From NCBI GenBank assembly GCA_937996795.1, contig CALKUH010000038.1, positions 31,516-95,515 of the forward strand: a stretch of 64,000 bases of DNA, in the 5' to 3' direction. Shown one piece after another: positions 7,623 through 16,065 of the stretch (position 1 is its first letter; each line of letters starts with the position of its first letter). A program made the position numbers and the translations under genes. Origin of the DNA: an uncultured Verrucomicrobiota bacterium. GTDB lineage: Bacteria > Verrucomicrobiota > Kiritimatiellia > CAIVKH01. The notes under the pieces were generated by a model. That model was not told where the DNA came from and searched no databases. It worked only from the letters and a program-made list of their open reading frames with translations.

Positions 7623-10600
7623 ATGAGGATCGCTCTTCGCGCGTTGGGGGTTTTGCTGGTCGGCTTGATGGCCGTCGCCGGGGCACGGGCGGATGAGGTC
7701 CGAGTGCTGGTGATGAGCCCGGGGCCGACGAATTTTGCCTATGGGTTTCCGGGCGCGCGGATCAGCGATCACCTGCGGGAGTTGCTCACAGGCAGCGGCC
7801 AGTACAGCAATGTGCTGGTGACGTATCGCAGCGTGGCGCTCGATGCCTCGCTATCGACGAGCCTGCTGGGCGCGTATTATGTGCCGCCATTCCGCACGCA
7901 GCACCTCGCGGCGGTGCTGTCGACGAACTGGACGCACGTCGTGATGATTGACCGTCCGTTTTTCTACGCGGCCGCGCCGGAACTACATTATGTGGGCGTC
8001 AACGCGTGGGCGAAATTCATCTCGCGCGCGGGTGCGCAGCCGGTACTGATGATGCCGTGGGTGGACCGGGCGACGATGGACCAGAACTTCGTGTCGGTGA
8101 ACAACGCGCAGGTGCGCGAATTTGCGTATCGCGTGGGCGACGGCGCGCGGGACCACCTCGGGCAGCCGGTCCCCGTCGTGCCCGCGGGCGTCGCGTGGAG
8201 CACGCTGCCCGCGACCAACCGCGGCGCCCTGCCGACGCAGCCGGGCAACGGCGTGATTCTCAACACGAACGGCGAATACACCGCCGCCGCGTCGCTCTTC
8301 ACGTACCTCACGGGGGAAAACGCGAAGTCGGTGAATTACCTGCCGCCGGGCATGACGGAGACCAATCGGGACGCGATCGCGGACCACGTCGCGACGGTGC
8401 TGTCGAACGAGGCGAACGCCGTGCGCTACACGGGCGCGTTCGAGAACCCGCGCATGAAGCTGTGGGCGGGCACGACCAACCTGCACTACAGCGAGGAGGG
8501 CACGAGCACCGAGGTCGCGATCGCGGACCAGTTGCACCGAATGAGCCAGGCGGATGGCTTCCCCGTCTTCAACACAACGGGCACGTACGCAACCAACAAC
8601 GGGGTCAACATCCGCCGGTCGAACCTGGTGTTTGGCCGCTACAATTTCCTCTATCCGAACACGATCACCAACTACGACCTTGGCGTGCCGCCGACCACGA
8701 TGCTGGCGACCTTCGACCGGCAGGGTGACACGGTGAATTCCGGCGTGAGCGGCGCGTCGGGCGCTGAATCCGAACTGTACTGGCACTATACGTACAGCCT
8801 GCTCGGCGACTACACCTTCATCCCCTACCACCTGTTCTGGGTGCGGACGATGTATGACCTGGGCATTCCGATCGACAACTTCAACACGCACGCGCCGGAC
8901 TGGCAGTTCGCGGCGACGGCGTCCGCCATGTATACCCTGCGCAGGGGTGGGCGCAACGGGGTGCATCCGGCCGTCGCGGGTCGCGCGTACTGGAGCCCGC
9001 AGATCCGGACCGAACGCTTCGCGTGGCGCACGATGCAGATGGCGTGGGAGACGATGATGGAGATGGCGACGCTCGCGCCGGCGCCGACCCACCGCGTGCG
9101 CGCGCTCGGGTTTGACCGGATCATCGACGCGGAGGCCTTTCACGAGGCGCCGGGTCCGATAACGCTCGTGACCAATCCGCTGGAGACCCTGCACCTCGCG
9201 CAACTGCAGGAGGGCGACTGGACGGGATACGACATTGATTTCGGAACGCCCGCGCCGCACGCGCTCGCGTTTGTCGGGCGCCTCGCGTGCAACACGGCGG
9301 GCGCGCAGATCGAGATCCGCCACCAGAGCCCAACCGGCACGTTGTTTGGCACGGTAACGGTGCCGTCGACCGGCGGACCGAACACGTTCTGGGAAACACG
9401 CCACCTGCTGACGTCCAGCGGGCTGACCGGCACGCAACTCGTGGTGCTTGTGTATCGCGTGCCCGGCGGTACACAGCTGGCGCTGGATCACTTCCGGCTC
9501 ACCCTGCTCGCGCGCGATGGCGACAGCGCGTGGCGCAACGTGGGCGGCGGCCCGTGGTCCACCTCGACGAATTGGTCGCTCGGCACGCCCGACGGCGCCG
9601 GGGTGACCGCGACATTCTCGATCGACCTCCCCGGCGCCAATGTCGCGACCATCCCGGTCAGTTACAGCGGGACGAGTACGCTGGGTCGGCTCGTGCTCGG
9701 ACACGGCATCGGCACCAACGGCGGCGCAAGCATCACGGGAACGGACAGCGATCTCCTGCGCATGCACAACGGCGGCAGTCCGGCGGAAATCCGCAAGCCC
9801 GCCGGCGGCGCGGATGTCCTCGACGTGCCGATTTTCAACACCAACGACCTGCGGATCAACAACCGCTCGACGGCGACCCTCTCGCTGCTGCGCACTATTT
9901 CCGGCGGCGGCGCCCTCTACCCGTTCGGGCGCGTCCGTTTCGAGGGCGCGAACTACGACGTCGGCCGCGTCGGACACAACAACGGGTTCGGCACGGAGGA
10001 CCTCGCGTTTCCAAACACGGTCGTGGGCTGGTTCGCCACCGGCACGATCCGGAACCTCTCGATGCCGATCTACACGACGTGGAACCTCCACGGCGCGATC
10101 ACAAACCTCGGCTGGACGGACATCGGCAACGACAACTCCGGCACGACGGCGAGCGGAACGTTCAACATCAACGGCGGCGTGCTCCGCCACGCGACCACCA
10201 ATTTCTTCCGCCTCGGCAACAGCATCAACTGCACGACGGTCATCAACCTCAACGGCGGCCTGATTGACACGATGGTGGGCTTCACACAGCGCGCCGCGAC
10301 GCTGACGATCAACCTCGACGGGGGGACGCTCCGCTACTCGGGCTCAACGGACCTGACGAACTGGATCGCGAAACCCGCGGGCCGTCCCCTCACGGTTCGC
10401 GTAGGCGGCAACGGTGCGCGCTTCGACATTGTCACCGGGCGCACGGTCGCACTCCCTCACGCGCTCTCAAGCACGAACGCAGACGCCGGAATTGAGAAGC
10501 TGGGAGGCGGCGCCTTTGTACTCGCCGCGTCGAACAGTTTTCGGGGCCCGGTTGCCGTGCAAGCGGGTACGCTGCGGGTGACAAGCCCCTTCGGCCTCGG

Positions 10601-11393
10601 CGCCGCCCGCCAGTTCCTCGTACCCGCGGGCAGCGTGCTCGACATTCCCGGCCCGCAGACGCTGGTCCTCGACGGGACAAACGCCAGCTGGACCGGCGGG
10701 GGCGCGCTGCAAGGCGGCCTCACGCTGACGAACGCACGGATGGCGCTGGTCGCGGGCCAGCCGCTGATCGTCACGGGCAACGTCCTGCTCGGGCCAAGCG
10801 GCACGCGCATCCTGGACATTTCGGGCACGCTGCCGGGCCCCGGCGCCTATCCCCTGCTGCACGCCGCATCGATCACCGGGACCTTCAACAGCGTGCTCGG
10901 CATGCCCTCGGCGCCCACGGGCTTCACCGCGCAGCTCGTGTATGAAACGACGCAGGTACTGATCCGCGTTGCCGGTCCCGGCGAGGCATGGCTGTCCACC
11001 AACGCCGCGCCGGGCGCGAAATTCGGCGAGGACCCGGACACCAACGGCTGGACCTATCTGGAGGAATACGCCTTCGGAATCCCGCCCGGCGGAACGGGCA
11101 AGGATCAGCGCGCGCCCGGGCTCTCCCCCAGCAACACCCTGCACCTGGCGTTCACCTACAACACGACCGCCATCGACGCGAGCATCGACGTGCTCGCGGG
11201 CACGAACCTGTTCCAGTGGACGCCGATCTTCAGCAAGCCCGCGGGGTCCGCCACGAACTGGACACCGCTTGTGCCCGGCGCCGTGCTGCAGCAGGGTCCG
11301 ATCACGGGCACCTACCAGACCGTGACCGTGCGCGGCCCCGGCACGAATGAGGTCAACAGCTTCATCATGCTGGACGTCCGGCGGCTGGAGTAG
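7623..11393 (+). CDS. Large secreted protein (1256 aa) with a CBM6/35-like beta-sandwich, autotransporter-associated beta-strand (PATR) repeats and a conserved C-terminal module. The N-terminal ~480 aa is of unknown function.
   Basis: Signal peptide MRIALRALGVLLVGLMAVAGARA. PATR-like repeats (IEKLGGGAFVLAASNSFRGPVAVQAGTLRV…, GGGALQGGLTLTNARMALVAG…). The C-terminal tail carries W…GEDPDTNGWTYLEEYAFG. Confidence 0.6.
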   Translation: MRIALRALGVLLVGLMAVAGARADEVRVLVMSPGPTNFAYGFPGARISDHLRELLTGSGQYSNVLVTYRSVALDASLSTSLLGAYYVPPFRTQHLAAVLSTNWTHVVMIDRPFFYAAAPELHYVGVNAWAKFISRAGAQPVLMMPWVDRATMDQNFVSVNNAQVREFAYRVGDGARDHLGQPVPVVPAGVAWSTLPATNRGALPTQPGNGVILNTNGEYTAAASLFTYLTGENAKSVNYLPPGMTETNRDAIADHVATVLSNEANAVRYTGAFENPRMKLWAGTTNLHYSEEGTSTEVAIADQLHRMSQADGFPVFNTTGTYATNNGVNIRRSNLVFGRYNFLYPNTITNYDLGVPPTTMLATFDRQGDTVNSGVSGASGAESELYWHYTYSLLGDYTFIPYHLFWVRTMYDLGIPIDNFNTHAPDWQFAATASAMYTLRRGGRNGVHPAVAGRAYWSPQIRTERFAWRTMQMAWETMMEMATLAPAPTHRVRALGFDRIIDAEAFHEAPGPITLVTNPLETLHLAQLQEGDWTGYDIDFGTPAPHALAFVGRLACNTAGAQIEIRHQSPTGTLFGTVTVPSTGGPNTFWETRHLLTSSGLTGTQLVVLVYRVPGGTQLALDHFRLTLLARDGDSAWRNVGGGPWSTSTNWSLGTPDGAGVTATFSIDLPGANVATIPVSYSGTSTLGRLVLGHGIGTNGGASITGTDSDLLRMHNGGSPAEIRKPAGGADVLDVPIFNTNDLRINNRSTATLSLLRTISGGGALYPFGRVRFEGANYDVGRVGHNNGFGTEDLAFPNTVVGWFATGTIRNLSMPIYTTWNLHGAITNLGWTDIGNDNSGTTASGTFNINGGVLRHATTNFFRLGNSINCTTVINLNGGLIDTMVGFTQRAATLTINLDGGTLRYSGSTDLTNWIAKPAGRPLTVRVGGNGARFDIVTGRTVALPHALSSTNADAGIEKLGGGAFVLAASNSFRGPVAVQAGTLRVTSPFGLGAARQFLVPAGSVLDIPGPQTLVLDGTNASWTGGGALQGGLTLTNARMALVAGQPLIVTGNVLLGPSGTRILDISGTLPGPGAYPLLHAASITGTFNSVLGMPSAPTGFTAQLVYETTQVLIRVAGPGEAWLSTNAAPGAKFGEDPDTNGWTYLEEYAFGIPPGGTGKDQRAPGLSPSNTLHLAFTYNTTAIDASIDVLAGTNLFQWTPIFSKPAGSATNWTPLVPGAVLQQGPITGTYQTVTVRGPGTNEVNSFIMLDVRRLE

Positions 11394-11397
11394 GTTC

Positions 11398-11453
11398 GGT
11401 GACCCGTGACCAGTAATCAGTGACCGGTCACTGATTACTGGTCACAGGTCACC
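11398..11453. terminator. 56-bp palindrome with a 40-bp perfect core (gtgaccagtaatcagtgacc|ggtcactgattactggtcac). It fills the gap between convergent genes and is a putative bidirectional terminator or protein-binding site.
   Basis: Arms 11406-11425 and 11426-11445 are exact reverse complements with no loop. They are flanked by further GTGACC/GGTCAC hexamers. There is no U-tract on either side. Confidence 0.5.
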
Positions 11454-11458
11454 AATTC

Positions 11459-12802
11459 TCAAGCCCCCGTGCGACTTTGCAATAGCAGGCTCACGCCGCG
11501 CTGGGTGAATTCGCGCAGGACGTCGCCGAGCGGGCGTTTGCGCGGTTCGGGAATGCGGCGCAACAGGAAGAGCGCCGAGAATCGCAGCACGCCGGACATC
11601 AAGAAGAGACTGTGGTAGCCGGTCCACTGGAAAGAGCCGATCGCGAAGGTCCAGCGCGAGAACAGCTCAAACAGCGGACCGGAACAGAACCCCGTCACGA
11701 ATCCGGTAATGCCCGCGCAGGCCCCCAGCACGGACATGTAGGCGATGCGGTAGCGCGCGGGCGCGGTGGTCAGGCTGAGGTTGAAGAGCGCGGTGTTGAA
11801 TCCGCCCCACCCCAGGGAGTCGACGAAACTGCTGACCCAGATGAAGAACAGGAACCCCGGCATCGCGGCGATCCAGCAGCCGGGCAGCAGGACGGCGACG
11901 ATGACGAGCGTGATGGTGAGCACGGTCTTGTGGCCGACCTGGTCCGCGAGCCGCCCCCACAGCGGCATGGTGACGAGGCTGCACAGCGCCGCAATGGCGC
12001 TCCACAGCGCCACCTGGGTAAACGTCATGCCGAGGTGCTTCAACAGATACGGGATCACAAACGGCGACCCCAGCATGATCGCGCCATTCCAGTACATCGC
12101 GAACGCCAGGAAGCGGCGGAAGTTGGCATCGCGCAGCGGCACGCGCACCATCTCCGGGAGCGAGAGACGCGGCATGGGGCGGTGGGGATCCGCGTGCCAG
12201 CCGTACATCACGATGCCGACCAGCGCGAACAGGACGCCGACGGAGAGCAGCATCTGAAACCCGCCCGGCGATGGCGCGCGGTCGAGATAGAATCCGGCCG
12301 AAAGACCGGCCGCCATACCGACCACCCCGCAGACGCTGTTGCGAAAACCGAAATAGCGTCCGCGGATCTCATTCGGCACCACATCCGCCATCAGGCTGAC
12401 CCATGCGGGTCCGACCCCGCTTTGCAGGAAGCCCGAAAGCGCAATCAGGCCGACCAGCACCCACGCCGCCGGCCAGATATCCGGCGCCAGCCACGGCAGG
12501 AAGATGGCGAGCACCCACAGGCCGCGGCCCAGCGACGTCAGGAGTTGCACGTAGCCCGTGCGCCTGTTCAGCCGCGTGCCCAGCCACGCCAGCAACGGGC
12601 TCACCACCTGGACCAGCAACGGCGCGCTGGCCGCCGCGGCGAGCGCCCGCGGACCCGCGCCGAGCGCGAGCAGATAGCCGGTCAATACGGCGCCGCTGGT
12701 CCACGCGAGGAACACCGTGGTGAAACAGCCCTCGATGACCGACAGGCCGAGCGTACGGCGCGCATTCTGGTCGGCGTCGCAGGGCGAAGGAATCGGAAGC
12801 AT
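11459..12802 (-). CDS. MFS transporter (448 aa).
   Basis: 12 hydrophobic segments. The MFS-like loop motif GRLADQVGHK sits between TM2 and TM3. Start chosen at MLPIPSP (ATG 12802). The ORF-track N-terminal extension is Arg-rich and overlaps the upstream gene, so it is rejected. Confidence 0.7.
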   Translation of the reverse strand: MLPIPSPCDADQNARRTLGLSVIEGCFTTVFLAWTSGAVLTGYLLALGAGPRALAAAASAPLLVQVVSPLLAWLGTRLNRRTGYVQLLTSLGRGLWVLAIFLPWLAPDIWPAAWVLVGLIALSGFLQSGVGPAWVSLMADVVPNEIRGRYFGFRNSVCGVVGMAAGLSAGFYLDRAPSPGGFQMLLSVGVLFALVGIVMYGWHADPHRPMPRLSLPEMVRVPLRDANFRRFLAFAMYWNGAIMLGSPFVIPYLLKHLGMTFTQVALWSAIAALCSLVTMPLWGRLADQVGHKTVLTITLVIVAVLLPGCWIAAMPGFLFFIWVSSFVDSLGWGGFNTALFNLSLTTAPARYRIAYMSVLGACAGITGFVTGFCSGPLFELFSRWTFAIGSFQWTGYHSLFLMSGVLRFSALFLLRRIPEPRKRPLGDVLREFTQRGVSLLLQSRTGA

Positions 12803-12815
12803 CCGCGGCAGCGCG

Positions 12816-13676
12816 TTACCGCCGGAATTTGTCGAATCGTTCAATCCATTCCTCCACCGACAGTCCGTAGTGCGATGACAACGCAGAAGGCAGGGCTTCG
12901 CCGCGCGCGAGCGCGAGCAGGAACGGCGCGAATTTTTCCGGCGGCTGCTCCAGTTGCAGGTAGCCCACGAGGTGTTTCGCCGTCTGGTAGAAAATGGAAA
13001 CCTGGCGGGGATCCTCCGGATACGCCGTCGCCGCAAGCAGCGCGGGCAGCGGATACGTCGAGCGCAAGCCCGCGAACTGCGCGCGTTTGCTGCGCTTGGT
13101 CCCCTTGAAGGCCGCGTAGGCGAAGGCGCCGTACCACTCGGCCAGCCCCTCGTTGAGCCAGAGCGGAATCTCGCCCTCGACCAGCCGGTTCAACACAAGG
13201 TGCGTCATCTCGTGGCCGAGGACCTCCGCGCTGGAGCCGATGTCCGCCGCCTGCTGCAAATACATCACGGGGCCGTGGACCATCGAGAACGACCACTCGA
13301 GGCCGCCGCGGTGGTACTGCGTGAGAAACAAGGTCCAGTCCTTCGCATTCCGGAAAATGAAGATATGCGAGCGGCCTTCGACGCGGTCGGCCAGCCCGCC
13401 GAGATCGTCGGCGATGAAGCGGTGGAAGAACTCGGCCATGCGCGCGACCTTCGCGGCAAAAATGCCGTTCTCGAAATGCAGAACGAAATGCTCCGTCTGC
13501 GCGTGGCGCCACTTGAATTCCGGCGCATCGATCAGCGCGCGGGCAACACCGGCCAGCTGCCGCGAGTCCACATCATCGCGCTCGATCACGCGCCAGTCCT
13601 CGCGCTCCACGGGCGGCGCGGCGACGGAGGCCCAGCAGGAGACCAGCAGCAGCACCGTGGTGAGAAGGCCTTTCAT
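12816..13676 (-). CDS. Secreted putative zinc metallopeptidase (HExxH…E gluzincin-like), 286 aa.
   Basis: Signal peptide MKGLLTTVLLLVSCWASVAA. HEMTH motif followed by a downstream NEGLAEW glutamate. Confidence 0.5.
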   Translation of the reverse strand: MKGLLTTVLLLVSCWASVAAPPVEREDWRVIERDDVDSRQLAGVARALIDAPEFKWRHAQTEHFVLHFENGIFAAKVARMAEFFHRFIADDLGGLADRVEGRSHIFIFRNAKDWTLFLTQYHRGGLEWSFSMVHGPVMYLQQAADIGSSAEVLGHEMTHLVLNRLVEGEIPLWLNEGLAEWYGAFAYAAFKGTKRSKRAQFAGLRSTYPLPALLAATAYPEDPRQVSIFYQTAKHLVGYLQLEQPPEKFAPFLLALARGEALPSALSSHYGLSVEEWIERFDKFRR

Positions 13677-15199
13677 GAGGGGGATTCCGCGTCGGATTCG
13701 GACGCGTCGGGCATCATCCGCGCGGACAACCGCCGGGTCAACTGCTCCTTGAGCGTCCGGGCCAGGACGGGGCCCACGCCGGGCACGGCGGCGATTTCCG
13801 CCTCCGGGGCGCGGGCCAGTCGCGTGACGGAACCAAACGTGCGCAGCAACAGCTCCTTCCGCTTTTCGCCCACCCCCTCCACGTCATCCAGCACGGAATC
13901 GCGGATCACGCGCGCGCGCAGGCGGCGGTGGTAATCGAGCGCGAACCGGTGGGCCTCGTCGCGGATCTGCTGCAGGACACGCAGGGCAAACGACTCGCGC
14001 GGCAGCCGGACCGGCTCCGCCAGCAGCGAGGGCTCCACATGGATTTCCTCGAATTTCTTGGCGAGACCGGCCGAGGGCAGGGTGGCGAGACCCAGCTTCG
14101 CGAGCTCGGCGCGCGCCGCGGAGAGTTGCGTGACACCGCCGTCCACCAGCACGAGGTCGGGCAGCGGCTTTTTTTCCTCAAGCACCCGCTGGTAGCGGCG
14201 GCGGATGACCTCGGCCATCATGGCGGGATCGTCGCTGCCCTCGACCGTCTTGATGCGGAAGCGCCGGTAGCGCGGGCGCGACGGCAGGCCGTCCACCGCG
14301 ACGACCATGCTGGCCACCGCGTGCGTGCCGGAGATGTTGGAGATGTCGAAGCATTCGATCACCCGCGGCGGCGCGGGCAGGTTCAGCACAAGCCGCAGGT
14401 CCTGTAGCCCGCCCCGCGCATCCTCCGCGCGCAGGCCGAGCGACTTCGTGCCACGCGCGCGATCGCGCACCGCGCGGCGCAGCAGCAGCAAGGTGTCGCG
14501 CAACGCCGCGGCGTCCTCATAGGCGCGCCGCTCCGAGGCGGCCTTCATCTGCGCCTCGACCTCCGCGATCAGCTGCGGCCTCTCGCCTTTCAGGAACGCG
14601 ATGCCCTCCTGCACGCGCGCGTGGTACTCAGCGGAGGCGATGCGGCCGATGCACGGCGCGCTGCAATAGCTGATGATGTCCGCGTGGCAATGGCGGTGGT
14701 CCTCCGCGCCGGGCTCGCACGGGCCGCACTCACGCAGGCCGAAGCGACGGTTCACGAAATCCAGCGCGGCGCGCGCCGCGCGCGAATCGCTGTAGGGACC
14801 GAAATACACCGCGCCATCCTTGCGATCCAGCCGGCACGGCTCAAAGCGCGGCCACGGGTCCTGCGGGTGCACGCGCAGCATCAGGAACCGTTTGTCGTCG
14901 CGCATCAGCACGTTGTAGCGCGGACGGTATTCCTTGATCATCCGCCCTTCCGTGAGGATCGCCTCCGCCTCCGTGCGGACGACGAGGATGTCGAGGTCGG
15001 CGATGCTGCGGATCAGCCCGCGCAACTTCGGGTCCGCGCTGCGCAGCGTGCCTTGCTGGAAATAATGCCGCACCCGGTTCCGCAGCGACGCGGCCTTGCC
15101 CACATAGATGATCTTCCCCGCGCGGTCCCGCATGAAATAAACCCCCGGCTCATCCGGCAGGGCCTGGAGCTTCTGTTTGATGACCTCGGGCAGGGACAT
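13673..15199 (-). CDS. uvrC: Excinuclease ABC subunit C.
   Basis: GIY-YIG N-terminus (GVYFMRDRAGKIIYVGKAASLRNRVRHYF), a UVR domain, an RNase H-like endonuclease domain and a C-terminal HhH. It overlaps the downstream gene by 4 nt. Confidence 0.85.
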   Translation of the reverse strand: MSLPEVIKQKLQALPDEPGVYFMRDRAGKIIYVGKAASLRNRVRHYFQQGTLRSADPKLRGLIRSIADLDILVVRTEAEAILTEGRMIKEYRPRYNVLMRDDKRFLMLRVHPQDPWPRFEPCRLDRKDGAVYFGPYSDSRAARAALDFVNRRFGLRECGPCEPGAEDHRHCHADIISYCSAPCIGRIASAEYHARVQEGIAFLKGERPQLIAEVEAQMKAASERRAYEDAAALRDTLLLLRRAVRDRARGTKSLGLRAEDARGGLQDLRLVLNLPAPPRVIECFDISNISGTHAVASMVVAVDGLPSRPRYRRFRIKTVEGSDDPAMMAEVIRRRYQRVLEEKKPLPDLVLVDGGVTQLSAARAELAKLGLATLPSAGLAKKFEEIHVEPSLLAEPVRLPRESFALRVLQQIRDEAHRFALDYHRRLRARVIRDSVLDDVEGVGEKRKELLLRTFGSVTRLARAPEAEIAAVPGVGPVLARTLKEQLTRRLSARMMPDASESDAESPS

Positions 15200-15268
15200 G
15201 GCGGGGAATATAGCAGCGGAATGGGCCGGATGCCTAATGACGAAACGAGCGGCGCGACTCCGCGGCCG

Positions 15269-15700
15269 TCACGCCGACAACACGCGCAGATGGGACAGCG
15301 GGAATTGTTTGAATCCCCGGTCAAACGTGACCAGTTCGCAACGTTCCACCTCGGCGAAGGCCGCCAGCCAGGCATCGGTCCATACATTGGGCGTGGGGGC
15401 GCGGTCGCGAACAAAGGCGCGCCAGAGCGAATCGATGCCAACGGGCGCATCATTTCGCACCACCGCCCGCGCATCGTTTAACAAACTGTCCAACGCGTGC
15501 CACGCCGCATCGGGCGCGAGCACACCCTCGCCCATCAGCGCGCGGTTGGTCAGCAGGCGCAACACGGCCATGCGCACGGGCAGGGTGAATACGACAGAGT
15601 CGTCAGCTTGACGATCCCACCACGCCTCGGCCGCCGCCCGATGCACGTGCGAATCCAGGAGCAGCGGCAGCGCAACGTTCGCGTCAACCAGACACTTCAT
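15269..15700 (-). CDS. vapC: Type II toxin, PIN-domain ribonuclease (VapC family).
   Basis: MKCLVDANVALPLL… PIN acidic residues. ATGA overlap with the upstream antitoxin gene. Confidence 0.75.
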   Translation of the reverse strand: MKCLVDANVALPLLLDSHVHRAAAEAWWDRQADDSVVFTLPVRMAVLRLLTNRALMGEGVLAPDAAWHALDSLLNDARAVVRNDAPVGIDSLWRAFVRDRAPTPNVWTDAWLAAFAEVERCELVTFDRGFKQFPLSHLRVLSA

Positions 15701-15972
15701 GAGCCGCCGCCGGGGCGCAGTACGCGCCGCGCGATCTCCGCGTCCGCCGCTTCTTCAGCAGCTGCGAGTTCCGCCGGGCCCAGGGTCAGGATCGGCGCAT
15801 GAGCCGGCACACGAATACGAGGCAACGGCATTCGCTTCCGCAACGCCGGTCTCCCGGCCAACTCATGCTCCACCGCCTGCGTAACCAACTCGCGCAAGGT
15901 CGAACCCCGCTCGGCGGCCAACCGTTTCGCCAGCCGGAAGGTTTGATCCGGTAATTCAATGGTCGTCCTCAT
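15697..15972 (-). CDS. vapB: Type II antitoxin (VapB-like, 91 aa).
   Basis: MRTTIELPDQTFRLAKRLAAERGSTLRELV… Gene position and a 4-nt overlap with vapC. The long N-terminal extension in the ORF track is rejected (His/Arg-rich, crosses the promoter). Confidence 0.6.
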   Translation of the reverse strand: MRTTIELPDQTFRLAKRLAAERGSTLRELVTQAVEHELAGRPALRKRMPLPRIRVPAHAPILTLGPAELAAAEEAADAEIARRVLRPGGGS

Positions 15973-16008
15973 GTGCGCATAAATATGCGCATATATGATT
16001 TGTGTCAA
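15973..16008 (-). promoter_or_regulatory. vapBC promoter on the minus strand, with an overlapping palindromic operator. It probably gives a leaderless transcript.
   Basis: Minus-strand TTGACA, then 17 nt, then TATTTA, then 7 nt, then ATG. The palindrome tgcgcat-aaat-atgcgca (15974-15991) and the perfect 8-mer atgcgcat overlap the -10. This is an AT-rich island in GC-rich DNA. Confidence 0.5.
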
Positions 16009-16065
16009 ATTTATTACTGTTTCTGCATTCGTCATTCGGATTTCGCCGTTGTATCGTTCGCCCGC

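Noticed and set aside
11100-11393. PEP-CTERM, LPXTG or T9SS sorting signal at the C-termini of the large secreted proteins.
   Set aside because: There is no PEP motif plus TM plus Arg cluster, no LPXTG, and no T9SS CTD signature. Instead a different shared C-terminal module is observed, reported as a finding.
11398-11453. The palindrome as a restriction-modification-related element because it contains GGTNACC (BstEII-like) sites and ACCGGT.
   Set aside because: No R-M genes are nearby. Recognition-site resemblance alone is not evidence. It is kept only as a curiosity inside the palindrome finding.
15973-16065. N-terminal 31 codons of the track ORF 15973-16935 (MRINMRIYDLCQIYYCFCIRHSDFAVVSFAR).
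   Set aside because: They run through the AT-rich vapB promoter/operator and have non-protein-like composition. The esterase more plausibly starts at ATG 16066.
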